Shown: one piece after another, positions 9,332 through 19,183 of the stretch
Numbering within the stretch: position 1 is the stretch's first letter
Layout of the letters: each line of letters opens with the position of its first letter
DNA from: Vitrella brassicaformis CCMP3155
Taxonomy: Eukaryota; Protista; Chromerida
Direction: 5' to 3'
DNA length: 19,321 bases
Assembly: GCA_001179505.1 (NCBI GenBank)
Contig: CDMY01000797.1
Coordinates: 1-19,321, forward strand
The notes under the pieces: model-generated
What the model saw: only the letters and a program-made list of their open reading frames with translations
Told to the model about the DNA's origin: nothing
Databases searched by the model: none
Translations under genes and position numbers: made by a program

Positions 9332-11073
9332 TTATCGACCTCGGGCGCCCGAACGCTGTTCTTTCTGCGGTGTCCCAGATGGGCTCTGACGTTCGGCCCG
9401 AGCGTATCGGGTCTCCTTCACCGGTTGAGTCAGACAATCGACAGCACGGCGTGTGTTCCAGAATGATTTGGGCATGACGCTGTCCGCTTTGCACCGGTGA
9501 CTGTACTTGGCTGCAATCTGACGGACCTGCAGCAACGAGGAGGGAGAGGTGAATACCACACGCGAGAGGCACAATTGAAAGGAGAGAGAGGGATGCAACG
9601 TTTACCTCTTCTAGTAGCCCTTCATCGAGTGTGATTGGGTCGAGTCCCAGGATGCGAAACTTCCGGTTCGACACTTCCAGCTCATTCTCGGGCGCCTCTT
9701 GTCTGCAGACGAAGACGGGCATCAGTGCAACAAGAAAGTCTGGGTTGAGCTGCGAGTCATGTCACCTTGGGTTGGCAAGGTATGCAACTCGTCCGCCGGT
9801 CTTGCTGGCGATCATTTCTGCCAAATCTCGCACACGAAGTGTTTCAGCAACCTGGACGTTCAATGAGTGACAATATACCGTGTGTGCAATGCGTATTGAC
9901 ATGACGTGTACCTGATTCAGTATCTCGACTGGCTGTCCATGCTTCGGTGGGTTGATGAGTGCCAGTTCAATGCATCGGCATGTGTCCCTGATGTGAATGA
10001 AGGCTCGCGTCTGGCCTCCAGTGCCGTACACAGTGAGGGGAATGCCCAGGGCTGACTGCATGAGGAAGCGATTCAGCACCGTGCCGTAGTCACCATCATA
10101 ATCAAACCTGCGCTCACACAGCAAAATCAGCCTATCACTCGAAATACGACCAGCGCTTCACACAATCATACCTGTTGACCAACCGCTCGTCTTTGAGGGT
10201 CTGATCGGTGTTCGTCCCCCACACGATGCCCTGATGCAGATCCGTGACTCGGAGACCATCGTTCTTATTGTAAAACTGGAACAGCAGTGCATCCAGACAC
10301 TTAGTGGCATGGTAAAGGGAGCCAGGATACGCAGGGTGGAGGATCTTGCCCTCTCGACCGCCAGGTAGGATGACGTCGATGTAGCCCTCAGGTATCTCCC
10401 CACCAGATGTACCATAGCCGTAAACACCCATAGTCCCGAGATGCACGACGTGAATGTCCAACCCAGAGTCCACTATGGCGCACAGCACATTATGGGTGCC
10501 GGAAATGTTGTTGTCGATTGTGTAGCGCTTTTGTCGTGCTCCTTTCATCGAGTAGGGCGCCGCCCGCTGCTCGGCGAAGTGGACGATAGAGTCTGGTTTC
10601 TCTTTTTTCAGCAGGTCCACCAGCTCCTGGTAGTGTTGCTTGACGTCAATATTGACGAACTTGATATCCCGACCCGTCACTTCCTTCCACGCCTGCAGCC
10701 GCTTGTCAATCGGCTCGATGGGGGTGAGAGACGAAGTGCCGAGCTCGTTGTCAATGTCCCTTCGTGAGAGGTTGTCCACGATGATGACGTCATGCCCTCG
10801 CTCCGACAGATAGAGGCTCGTCGGCCACCCGCAGAAACCATCACCACCCAAGACTACCACTTTCTTGCGCCGATCCTGAGGGTCCGGTTGAAACTGGCTT
10901 GTGCTGAATTTGCCGTCTGCTGATCCGATGAGTGACGCAACCTGGCGGGGAGGGCTTACATCCCATCGGTTTCCCTTCGCCGCCGCGCTTCGTTTTCCAA
11001 ACCAGGAGGATAGACCGCATGTGGTTTGCGCAAGGAGGAAGACAATGAGAAGGAAGATCCTAAGGACAGCCAT
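9332..11073 (-). CDS. SQD1: UDP-sulfoquinovose synthase (SQD1/SqdB), plastid-targeted, about 491 aa; exons 10172-11073, 9912-10107, 9766-9851, 9606-9702, 9332-9526
   Basis: Rossmann motif VVVLGGDGFCGW, FAEQRAAPYSM, HLGTMGVYG, catalytic YHATK, DLHQGIVWG, RFDYDGDYGTVLNRF, GGQTRAFIHI and NPR.EA.EN. The N-terminal signal peptide MAVLRIFLLIVFLLAQTTCG is followed by a Ser/Arg-rich leader. An in-frame upstream ATG lies at 11109. All four introns are GT-AG and in phase. Confidence 0.97.
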
Positions 11074-11159
11074 GTAGGTTGGGGAAGAAGGGGGGAGGAG
11101 CATTGCCATTGCCGTTGCGTTTCACGGCCCACGCGACCTTAACACCATGCCTTTGCAGT

Positions 11160-11220
11160 GGAAAACTGAGTTTTGGAGGCAGAAGACTGAGTTTTGGAGG
11201 TGGAAAACCGAGTCTCACAA
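11160..11220. repeat. 21-bp tandem repeat, about 2.6 copies, upstream of SQD1
   Basis: GGAAAACTGAGTTTTGGAGGC / AGAAGACTGAGTTTTGGAGGT / GGAAAACCGAGTC. Confidence 0.85.
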
Positions 11221-11428
11221 GCGGGTCGACGCGGCGCTGGAGGAATACCGTGCGTTGGCACGTAGTGCGAGTTTGTGTGTGCGTGGTGGGCGGCACCGCT
11301 GGAAGATGCGCCAGGCGGGCGCTGAGGATGGTGCTGGCATGTTTGTCCCGTGATTGAGGGTTCGTCGATTGACGCAGTTCATTTTATGAGAGACCGACGG
11401 ACTCTCCTGCCGTACACAGATGGGCTTT

Positions 11429-11450
11429 GATTACGTTGCTTGTTAGATAG
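11429..11450 (-). repeat. Short motif shared with 8467-8487
   Basis: Plus strand GATTACGTTGCTTGTTAGATAG versus GATTACGCTGCTTGTTGATAG. Confidence 0.55.
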
Positions 11451-11788
11451 TTGAGAAGGGGTGGGTGGATGGATAGGTGGCTTGGCAAGAGGGAGATAGA
11501 TGGATTTGACTGAGTAGATGGCGGGGATTTTAATCGTCGTCGACCATACAAACAGGCACTATACATGACACATTGCCATGAATGAGTCGTCGCCCTCCTG
11601 AAACCTGCGCCCGGCCTTCTTGGCCTTCTGCTTGGCCCTCTTCTTCTCGGCCTTCGTGAGACATCGGCATGAGAGACGTCACACGGCGTCGTGACAACCA
11701 ATATCGCTCACGCATTGAATTCTGTCCAAGAGCACTTGAGGAGTGTATGATCCAGCCAATGAGGCGAGGGCATAAAGATGATGCCGAG

Positions 11789-11852
11789 AAAGAACGGGAG
11801 AAGATGGAAGAGGGGGCTGAGTAAGGGTTGACTGTAGCCAATTTGTTGATAT
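11789..11852 (-). repeat. Dispersed intergenic element, copy D (5' part)
   Basis: Minus strand ATATCAACAAATTGGCTACAGTCAACCCTTACTCAGCCCC followed by a CT tract. Confidence 0.6.
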
Positions 11853-12216
11853 GTATAGAACTCGATTGTTCATTCATGTGAATAAACGAAAAGCTAAGAG
11901 TACCGATGCGTACTCGGAAAACCAACGCGCAGCTGGAGGGTGGTTTCGATGGAGACGAATGGATCGATGGACAATTTCCCCAAAACCCGCCACTCACATA
12001 GACATGCCCAGAAGATTTTTTATATGAAGTGATATCTATTTGTCCCCCTCTTAGTGCCTCAGCGATGGACTCTCGGTTGTCTGCGCTCTCAATCGAACAC
12101 GGAGAGAAGGCGCAACAAGATCCATCGTCGGTGGTGTATATAGAGGAGATTACAGACACGAGTCTCGTTAAACACTATAACAACCAGGTGTTCGACAAGA
12201 ACTTTCCATCTATGGG

Positions 12217-15200
12217 CTATCGCGAGAGCACCTGACAGGCAGGCATGACAGGAGAAAATTCATTGTTTGTGTGTCGTGAAGCACCTCTGTGTTGCTGACC
12301 ATATCATCTATTTTGAGGATCAGCATTACGGCTTCGGTGGACAAACGGACAGCAGATGTGTTCACCAACAAAGGCTGCACAGAGACGAGACGCCGACGCC
12401 ACATTGTTGTCTATGGCGCATTTTGTATCCTCAGGCACCTGCAGCACATTCTCCTCGAGGATGTCGGATATGGCACCCTGAGAGGAGAGGGGAGACATAG
12501 GGACAATTGTGACACTGACTGCGCGCCTACCTTTCGCACGTTGACTCCTGCATGTTTCTCGCCCGCTGCATGTCGGTTGCGCAGCTCAGTGACGATCTCG
12601 ATGGGATTCAGACCAGCGTTCTCGGCCAGAGTGTAGGGAATCACCTACAGACGCATCCGCAGTGAGAATGCTGTTCACACAGGGTGTCAGCCCACTCGAG
12701 TTCGGGTACCTCGAGGGCGTCAGCGAATGCTTTGACGCAGAGGGATTGGACACCAGGCAGGCTGCGGCCCCTGAGGGCACGGTGAAGAGCAGGATAGACA
12801 CGATGCGAATTGCGTCAGTCAACAGTGTCTCCCGAACCATTCATTGAGTTTCTGCGATAGCTCCATTTCGGGGGCTCCACCGCCAGGAATCAGCGCCCTA
12901 GACACGCGAGGCGGGCACTTGCTTGCAGAATCAGAGCACTCGAGCGCGGCTGTATCAGGTGATGCTTACTTTTCCTTGACTAGACTGCGGACGACACACA
13001 GGGCGTCGTGGAGGGAACGCTCAGCCTCGTCGAGGGTCTGAGGAACCAGACACGGAAAGGACAAAGATGCCACGTCCGCAAGCAGGTATAGGCTGTCTTG
13101 CTTTCTCTACCCCTCTCCGCACCAGTTGGTTTGAGGCCCTGATGAGGACGCTGACGGTTCCCTTGCCTTTGACCCCCGTGACCCTCGCGATCTTGCCCTC
13201 GCCGCCAACATCCTCCTCACACACCTGCACAACACGAAACCGACGCAACACGTCGTACATGAATAGATGGACGGCAGCTACGATACGAAAGTACCATGTC
13301 TGCATGGCCCAGCTTGTCGCTCGTGAAGGCATCGAGGGACGCTACAGGCTCGCAGCCGAGCGTCTGAGACAAAGGCCCAAGTGGAATTCCGTGGACAATG
13401 CTTGTCTTCTGTGTGCGTTGGTTGACCCTGCATATGAACTCAACATCCTCTCGCTCGATGTCCTGCACGACGAGGATCTTTGCCTTGGCCAAATAATCCA
13501 ACGACATGTCCTGGACATTCCAACACACAAGAGGAAGAACACTCACCTCACCCACACGCCAACGCCTGCACAGCGGCCTCCAGTGCACTAACACCCGCTC
13601 ACTGTCGTTGCATCTCGGAGGATGGATTTCTGGATGAGAAGGACATTGCAACCTGTATCAAAGAGTCAACTCACACGTCAGGCACTCAGCAACTCCGCAG
13701 GTGCTCATTCAAATCCATCCCACGCACCCACCTACCTGTCGCAGCGATTTGTTTGATCATCTTGGCGAGTATGAGCCTCTCCTCGCGGAGCAGGCGGTCC
13801 ATCGCTTGGTAGTCCTGACACAAAAGTTCAATGTACGCGTGTACCAGCAACAGTCTGCACACAAACTTGGACGTATCCGTCAGCTCTTGGTCACCTTGAT
13901 GGTGATATTATTTTCGATGTCTGTTTTCGGCGGGGACAGGCAGAACTGAATGAGGCCCACATTCGCATCCTTGACAAAACTGCGACCCCCAGCAGAGCGA
14001 ACAACCTGCAGAGAACGCATCAGCGACATGAAGACGATGCACTCTGTCATCGACTTCAGCCGCTTACTTTTTGCTGCGTGAACACGAGCCCTTCTACGAG
14101 TTCCGTGTCGTCCACAGTGCCGCCCAGCTTCCTGCACAGAAACACAAGACGTACATGAGATGCGATCTCCTCAGGGCAGGTGCGCTTGTCGTGGTGCACT
14201 TGACGACGCGGATGTCGTTCAGGTCCACATTGTCTGGATTGGCAGGGTCCAAGGCCTGCACCAGCCAAACAGCAAAGTGTCATTCTGTTTGTGGGCATGC
14301 AGTGGTGCACACGTGCGTATGTATGACCTTCATGACTGCATCGACGGCTATCGGCGCAAGCTGTGCGGCATTCTGGCTGACCACCTGAATGAATCAATTA
14401 GTGGATGCGCATGTAGACCGGCACAGCATCAAGTGGAGTGTCTGTCACCTGTATGCCGCATGTGCATGTACCTTTGAGCTGAGCGATGTGGCTGCATTCT
14501 TGATGAGGACATCCCTGTCGTTCAGGTCAACAGATGTGGACATCTCGCGAAGAATCTCCACGGACTGAGAACGGGGCACGGCGACGTCGAGAGGTTTGTC
14601 TCCCTCCCTCTCCCTCTCACCCTGACCACCATAAATGTAGGTGCCCTACCTTGTTTGATGCCTGCAGGAACGCCTCGGCAATAGCCTGTGGGTGGAGCCC
14701 CTTGTTGAGGAGCATCTCGGCTGCCCCGAGCAGCGCTCCGGCGATGACGACCACCGACGTCGTCCCATCGCCAGCCTCGACGTCCTGCGCCTTGGACAAC
14801 TCCACCAACTGATACACCACAGGACACATAACGGGCAGACATGGTCGCGGATTGATAGATCCGCCTTTCTGCGTTGTGCGCACGCATGTATCACTTTACC
14901 ATTTTGGCTGTCGGGTGCTGCACCGCCATTTGCTTGAGTATGGTTGCACCGTCATTGGTGATCACCACGCCCTCCTTGGCATCCTGGATCTGAGGAAGAA
15001 GCAAGACAAGACGAAGACCCACGAATGAATGGCGCACAACGACAGGCTGCGGCTGCTGATCGTACCATTTTGTCCATGCCTCTGGGCCCCAGGCTCGTGC
15101 GAATGGCATCCGCCACCGCTGCAGGCAAACACATGCCCATCCGGCGATTCACTCGCACAGTTTCACCCGAGACAAGCACGTGTGCACGTTGCATTTGGAG

Positions 15201-15388
15201 GAGTTGATGAAGCTACCTCTTGCCGCCACGATGTTCTGTCGCCTCACATCTTTCGTCTTCTCATTCTTGCTCAGCTGTTCTCCATGACCCTTCCACGCCT
15301 GAATCGGAGCTGAAGGAAGAAGACATTCGAACAACACATTCCCGCCACTTGCCCGACCTGAAAGTTGCGCACCTGAAACTTGCGCCAT
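12217..15388 (-). CDS. CCT4: T-complex protein 1 subunit delta (CCT4), about 535 aa, 22 exons
   Basis: Spliced motifs [131 protein letters not shown] and ILKIDDM. The KKLGGT, SPPKTD and IQKSILRD motifs are delta-specific. The 21 GT-AG introns are phase-consistent and the exons total 1608 nt. Confidence 0.97.
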
Positions 15389-15449
15389 TTTCGTCTTCGG
15401 AGTTTTTCGGAGGCATCCGTTTCACTCGACCCAAAGCCTTAGCAATTCT

Positions 15450-15469
15450 GATTGATTGATTGATTGATT
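15450..15469. repeat. (GATT)5 microsatellite between the divergent CCT4 and GT92 starts
   Basis: Read directly from the sequence. Confidence 0.9.
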
Positions 15470-15756
15470 CATCGATGGACTATTTTGATTGCATTGATGG
15501 ATCCTGCAACGACTGCCCGACCGCCCTGCTGCACGTTAACTTGAGGCTTTTGGCATTAGGGCGATGAGAGTCGTTTTACCCCCTCAACATGTCCTTGCCA
15601 TTCCATCAACGCGTCTGTGAGACTTACCTATTGGCAGGATTGGCAGGGAGGGTAGCTCCGAATATGTGGCCATACCCTCAGGACCATACCCGGGACCAAT
15701 ATCGATGTGGGGCTCGCGGTGGTGTAGAGTCGTCGCAAAACAGACTGGAAAGCAAA

Positions 15757-16948
15757 ATGTGCGTCTTCAACGCGATTCTCTGCGGCCTTTTGTTTGGGTG
15801 TATGAGGCCTGTTTTACCGGAAAGCACGCCGCAGTGGTTGGAACGGGAGCTTCATCTGACTCCTCAGTTTCCCGGCTTTTTCGTAGCTCACGGGCGACTT
15901 GACGAATCTTCTCTGGGACATCGGAATTGGACGTTCCTTGCAAAAGTGAAGACACGCAAGCTTCGTGACCTGCGGCGAAGAAATTCGCATTGCGCTCTGC
16001 ACTACAGGTGGGACGAATCCGAACTCCGATATTCTCACTTTGCTTGCAATAGATAGCTTCATGCATCGAGCCCCGTATCGCGAGGCGATTATTTCATGCC
16101 CAGCGTCGGACAGCAATGTCTCTATTTCTGGGCGGAGTTTTGCGATCAATGCAACCGACAGAATTCGCGGAGACTGGAGTATTGCCGTTGCCGTGTCCAC
16201 TTTGTTTGGCGATGTCAACTGTGACATTATATCTGCCTGGCTAAAGTACTACACCCGATTGGGTGTGTCCAAGTTCTTGTTCTATACGACTGTGACAAGC
16301 GGGAACCCGCCATGTGCCTCTGTCACAAACATGTCCGGAGTGGAATGGACACGCGTTCCCAGTAACTACGTGGAAGACATGTGGTAAGATGACTGAATAC
16401 GACATCATCACTGAATGACCAGTTTGCATTAAGGTATCATGGACAGCTCTTAACTGTGAATGACGCATTGCTGAGAGCCAGCGGAAGTATTCGGTGGATT
16501 GGCTTTGTGGATTTTGACGAATTCCTGACAATTCCGTCGATTCCGCTTTCATTTTGCAACCTGTCTGCTTTTCTGGACAAGAAGAGCGTCGAACTGAATT
16601 CGTCAGCACTCGCCTTCCGACCTCACAAATACAGCGTTATCAAGCCGTGGGCTCTGCATTATAATGACGAGGAGCGTTTTTTCCGCTTTCTTCGTCGTCA
16701 GCAACCACAGAAATTGACCAAAGTACCCTTGAAATTCGATGGACGCGTTTGTATCGTATCACTGTATCTCGCAGATATTCGTTCGCCCTGATCAAGTGAA
16801 ACGGATGAATGTCCATCACATATCTGGGTTCTCTGAAAAAGTGGTCTCTGTAGATGAGGCGGTATTGCAGCATTTCTCTGGGTTGCTTCTGAAACGAAAG
16901 TACACTGAAACTAAAAGGCGATTGGCACCCGGGGGATCCTTCTGGTAG
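15757..16948 (+). CDS. Glycosyltransferase family 92 (DUF23)-like, about 346 aa; exons 15757-16007, 16057-16383, 16434-16722, 16775-16948
   Basis: Hydrophobic N-terminus MCVFNAILCGLLFG, and GT92-type motifs IAVAVSTLFG..ISAWLKYYTRLGVSKFLFY, WYHGQLLTVNDALLR, WIGFVDFDEFL (DXD), KIFVRPDQV..MNVHH and LQHF. Exon phases agree (1041 nt). An in-frame upstream ATG lies at 15589. Confidence 0.82.
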
Positions 16949-17921
16949 GGAAGACGCTGCAGCAGTGCGGGGCGCTCCCTCCATCACATTGTCCTTTTTT
17001 CTGTGCGTTTCAAGTGAATAGACATACGAGTATAAGCATTCGTATGCCCACAGGGCAGAGAGGCACCTGTCATTGATTGTTTTTTAGCCATCAACTATCC
17101 CATGAGACGTGACCGAATGCGCACAGAATACTGACCTTCACACATACGGAAATGAAAGATCGGAAAGAGTTAAGTAGTTACAGCACCTGTGAATATATTG
17201 GAGAAGGACTTGTTAATACCGAGAGCATCGATCAATGAAAATCATTGGTATATCATTGGTATGGCTGACCCCTGGCCGTTCACAGCTGGGGCTATGTGAA
17301 CGATCTGTTCATTCAGACGTACGTTGATGAGGTCGCGACTCTATCTGCACCGCTTCTCTACTATCTACTTCACGTGGCTGGCCTGTCTGTCACTACTTGG
17401 ACATGCTTCGGAGTAACTGCCATCACCACACCGTCTACCACAGCAACTACAGCCGAGCTGTCCATCTCGTTGCAGAGGGCTGGGCGGTGGGCGGGGAGGT
17501 GCGGGCCGGGGCAGACGGAGACGTCAAGCTATCTGCCATCGTGAAGGGCTCTCTATAATAAGATCTTCGTGTGGGCCATTCGGCGCTGCTCGTCGAGTCT
17601 CGTGAGCGGACGCCCCCCCGTCACCGCCAAAGTGCGACCGCCCCCGCCACGCCCTCTGCCGCCACGGCCTCTGCCGCTCTACGCAGGCCTTGGCAAAGGT
17701 AGGGTTCTTGCGCCACGGTTGAAACACGCGTAGCCCATCACACGTGAGGGGCCGGGAACCTTCTTGCCTCCTGCTGCCGTCGAGTCCTTGGCCATGGGGT
17801 GCGCACATAGTGCTCGGTTCTTGAGCATCGTGTCCGAGACAATTGACTGCTCGTCGGTCGCCTGGCGGTCGTGCTTTTCAAGTCTCGTGTCGTGCCTGTA
17901 TGTGTGTGTGGATGTCCGGCG

Positions 17922-18225
17922 ATGGCTGAGGAGTACTGTGTCGAGATGGAGGGCAGCGGGCGGGCTCTGTGCCAGGGCCCATGGTCGGCAGAGCAACAGA
18001 GCCGTGTCAAGGGCGTCAACTTCAACGAGAGCAAGAGTGCAGGGCGGCGAGCGGAAGAGCGAGTCCTTCTCCGTCAAGAAGTACGGCGACGACGAGGCCA
18101 AGCAGATGGCCATCGCTTACAGGCGGGACATGGAGGCACTGCACTACCAGCCTGATGAGATGGCCGTAGATGATAGTAAGGAGGAGCGCCCGAAGAAAAA
18201 GAGGGTTGTTGACAGTTGCTCATGA
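17922..18225 (+). pseudogene. Frameshifted ApiAP2-type (AP2 domain) gene fragment
   Basis: The N-half QSRVKGVNFNESKSA (frame of ORF 17871) and the C-half GGERKSESFSVKKYGDDEAKQMAIAYRRDME (frame of ORF 17764) are out of frame at about 18040. The W-x-A-x-W beta-strand is missing. Confidence 0.75.
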
Positions 18226-18340
18226 TGGTGACAGATTGTACAGACACTCGCATGAGGTGGATTCATACGTTTATCGAGTCTGTGACAGTCGCCCTTGAGA
18301 CACCCTATCGCAGTCATCTCCCCAATTGCTTCCGTGGCAT

Positions 18341-19082
18341 TGTCGGCTGCGTGGGAAGCTGCCAGGACCAGCTTGCCGTATCGGTGTCCGAAGCACTCAG
18401 CAAGGGAAGGGCGAGGGCCGTCAGATGGATGGAAATGATGGGAAACTCAAAAGGATGGATGGGATCACCCAAGGGATGGATGGGATTCACTCAAAGTACA
18501 CACAAGGTCTTTTGCACCATGGAAGCGGCTGGAAAAGTCCCGATGCCGTCCATTTATCCACCCATCTCTCGCCCTGTTCTCCATCTCCTCACAGCGAGCG
18601 GCCTTGGCCCTCTTCCCGTTGCCTCATCCATCCCTATCTGCCCCTCTCTTCCTTTCCACCCAGATGTCGGCAGATCTGTGTTCCATGGCTAACGGTGAGC
18701 TGAAGCGTCAGGAGCGAGGCCAGCAGCGACAGCTCTCGCTGAGGGTGCAGGTCACTTGGCAGGTCACTGATGAGATGACCAGACGGAGGCAGGGGAGAGA
18801 ACGCCGAGAATACACACGGCTCTCATTGTGCGTGTCTGTTTATGCAGGTTGCGAAGGGGATGTCATTGCGCCTTGAGGCGTTGGCCGTGGCAGATCAATT
18901 CATTGATGGTGAGAAAAAGCTGCCGAGCGGGCAGGATGGTGTGTCAAAGGCTGAACAGGCTCTTGCTGAATTCTGGAGCATTATGACGTATGCCCGCTTC
19001 CTGCACTCGAATTTTATGGTTATAAGGTCCCTTGGACACGCTATCGGATGGGTGATTTTGTTGGCTGCGTGGGAAGCTGCCA
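18341..19082 (+). repeat. Direct repeat pair, 23/24 identical (18341-18364 and 19059-19082)
   Basis: TGTCGGCTGCGTGGGAAGCTGCCA versus TGTTGGCTGCGTGGGAAGCTGCCA, with a 20-bp exact core. Confidence 0.85.
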
Positions 19083-19111
19083 CGCAGCGCAGGAAGCAGT
19101 GTGTGCAGTAG
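18664..19111 (+). CDS. Possible two-exon coding remnant (18664-18744, 18848-19111), unknown product
   Basis: CCACCCAG acceptor after a pyrimidine tract, and a phase-0 intron 18745-18847 (GTGCAG..ATGCAG) giving MSADLCSMANGELKRQ..LR|VAKGMSLRLEALAVADQFIDGEKK..LLAAWEAAT. No homology recognised. Confidence 0.25.
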
Positions 19112-19183
19112 TCAGTGTGAATGCACAGACCAGTATATCAACAGCGATAATGTAGTAGTGTCTCTGTACAACCTATCCAACCA

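Noticed and set aside
1523-11587. Exact 15-mer TTGCCATGAATGAGT at 1523 and 11573
   Set aside because: The flanks do not align, and one 15-mer match in 19 kb is close to chance expectation.
11832-11845. CTGTAGCCAATTTG, 12/14 identical to the start of the dinoflagellate spliced leader
   Set aside because: The match stops before GCTCAAG, other element copies diverge after GTAGCC, and it is not at the 5' end of a gene.
11898-11915. Hairpin GAGTAC-CGATGC-GTACTC
   Set aside because: A single 6-bp stem is expected by chance, and there is no functional context.
11530-12159. 209-aa minus-strand ORF
   Set aside because: Ser-rich low-complexity translation running through the CCT4 downstream region and repeat copy D, with no motif. 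Likely spurious.
13067-13591. 174-aa plus-strand ORF and other ORFs antisense to CCT4, SQD1 and GET2
   Set aside because: Shadow ORFs opposite GC-rich, well-supported exons.
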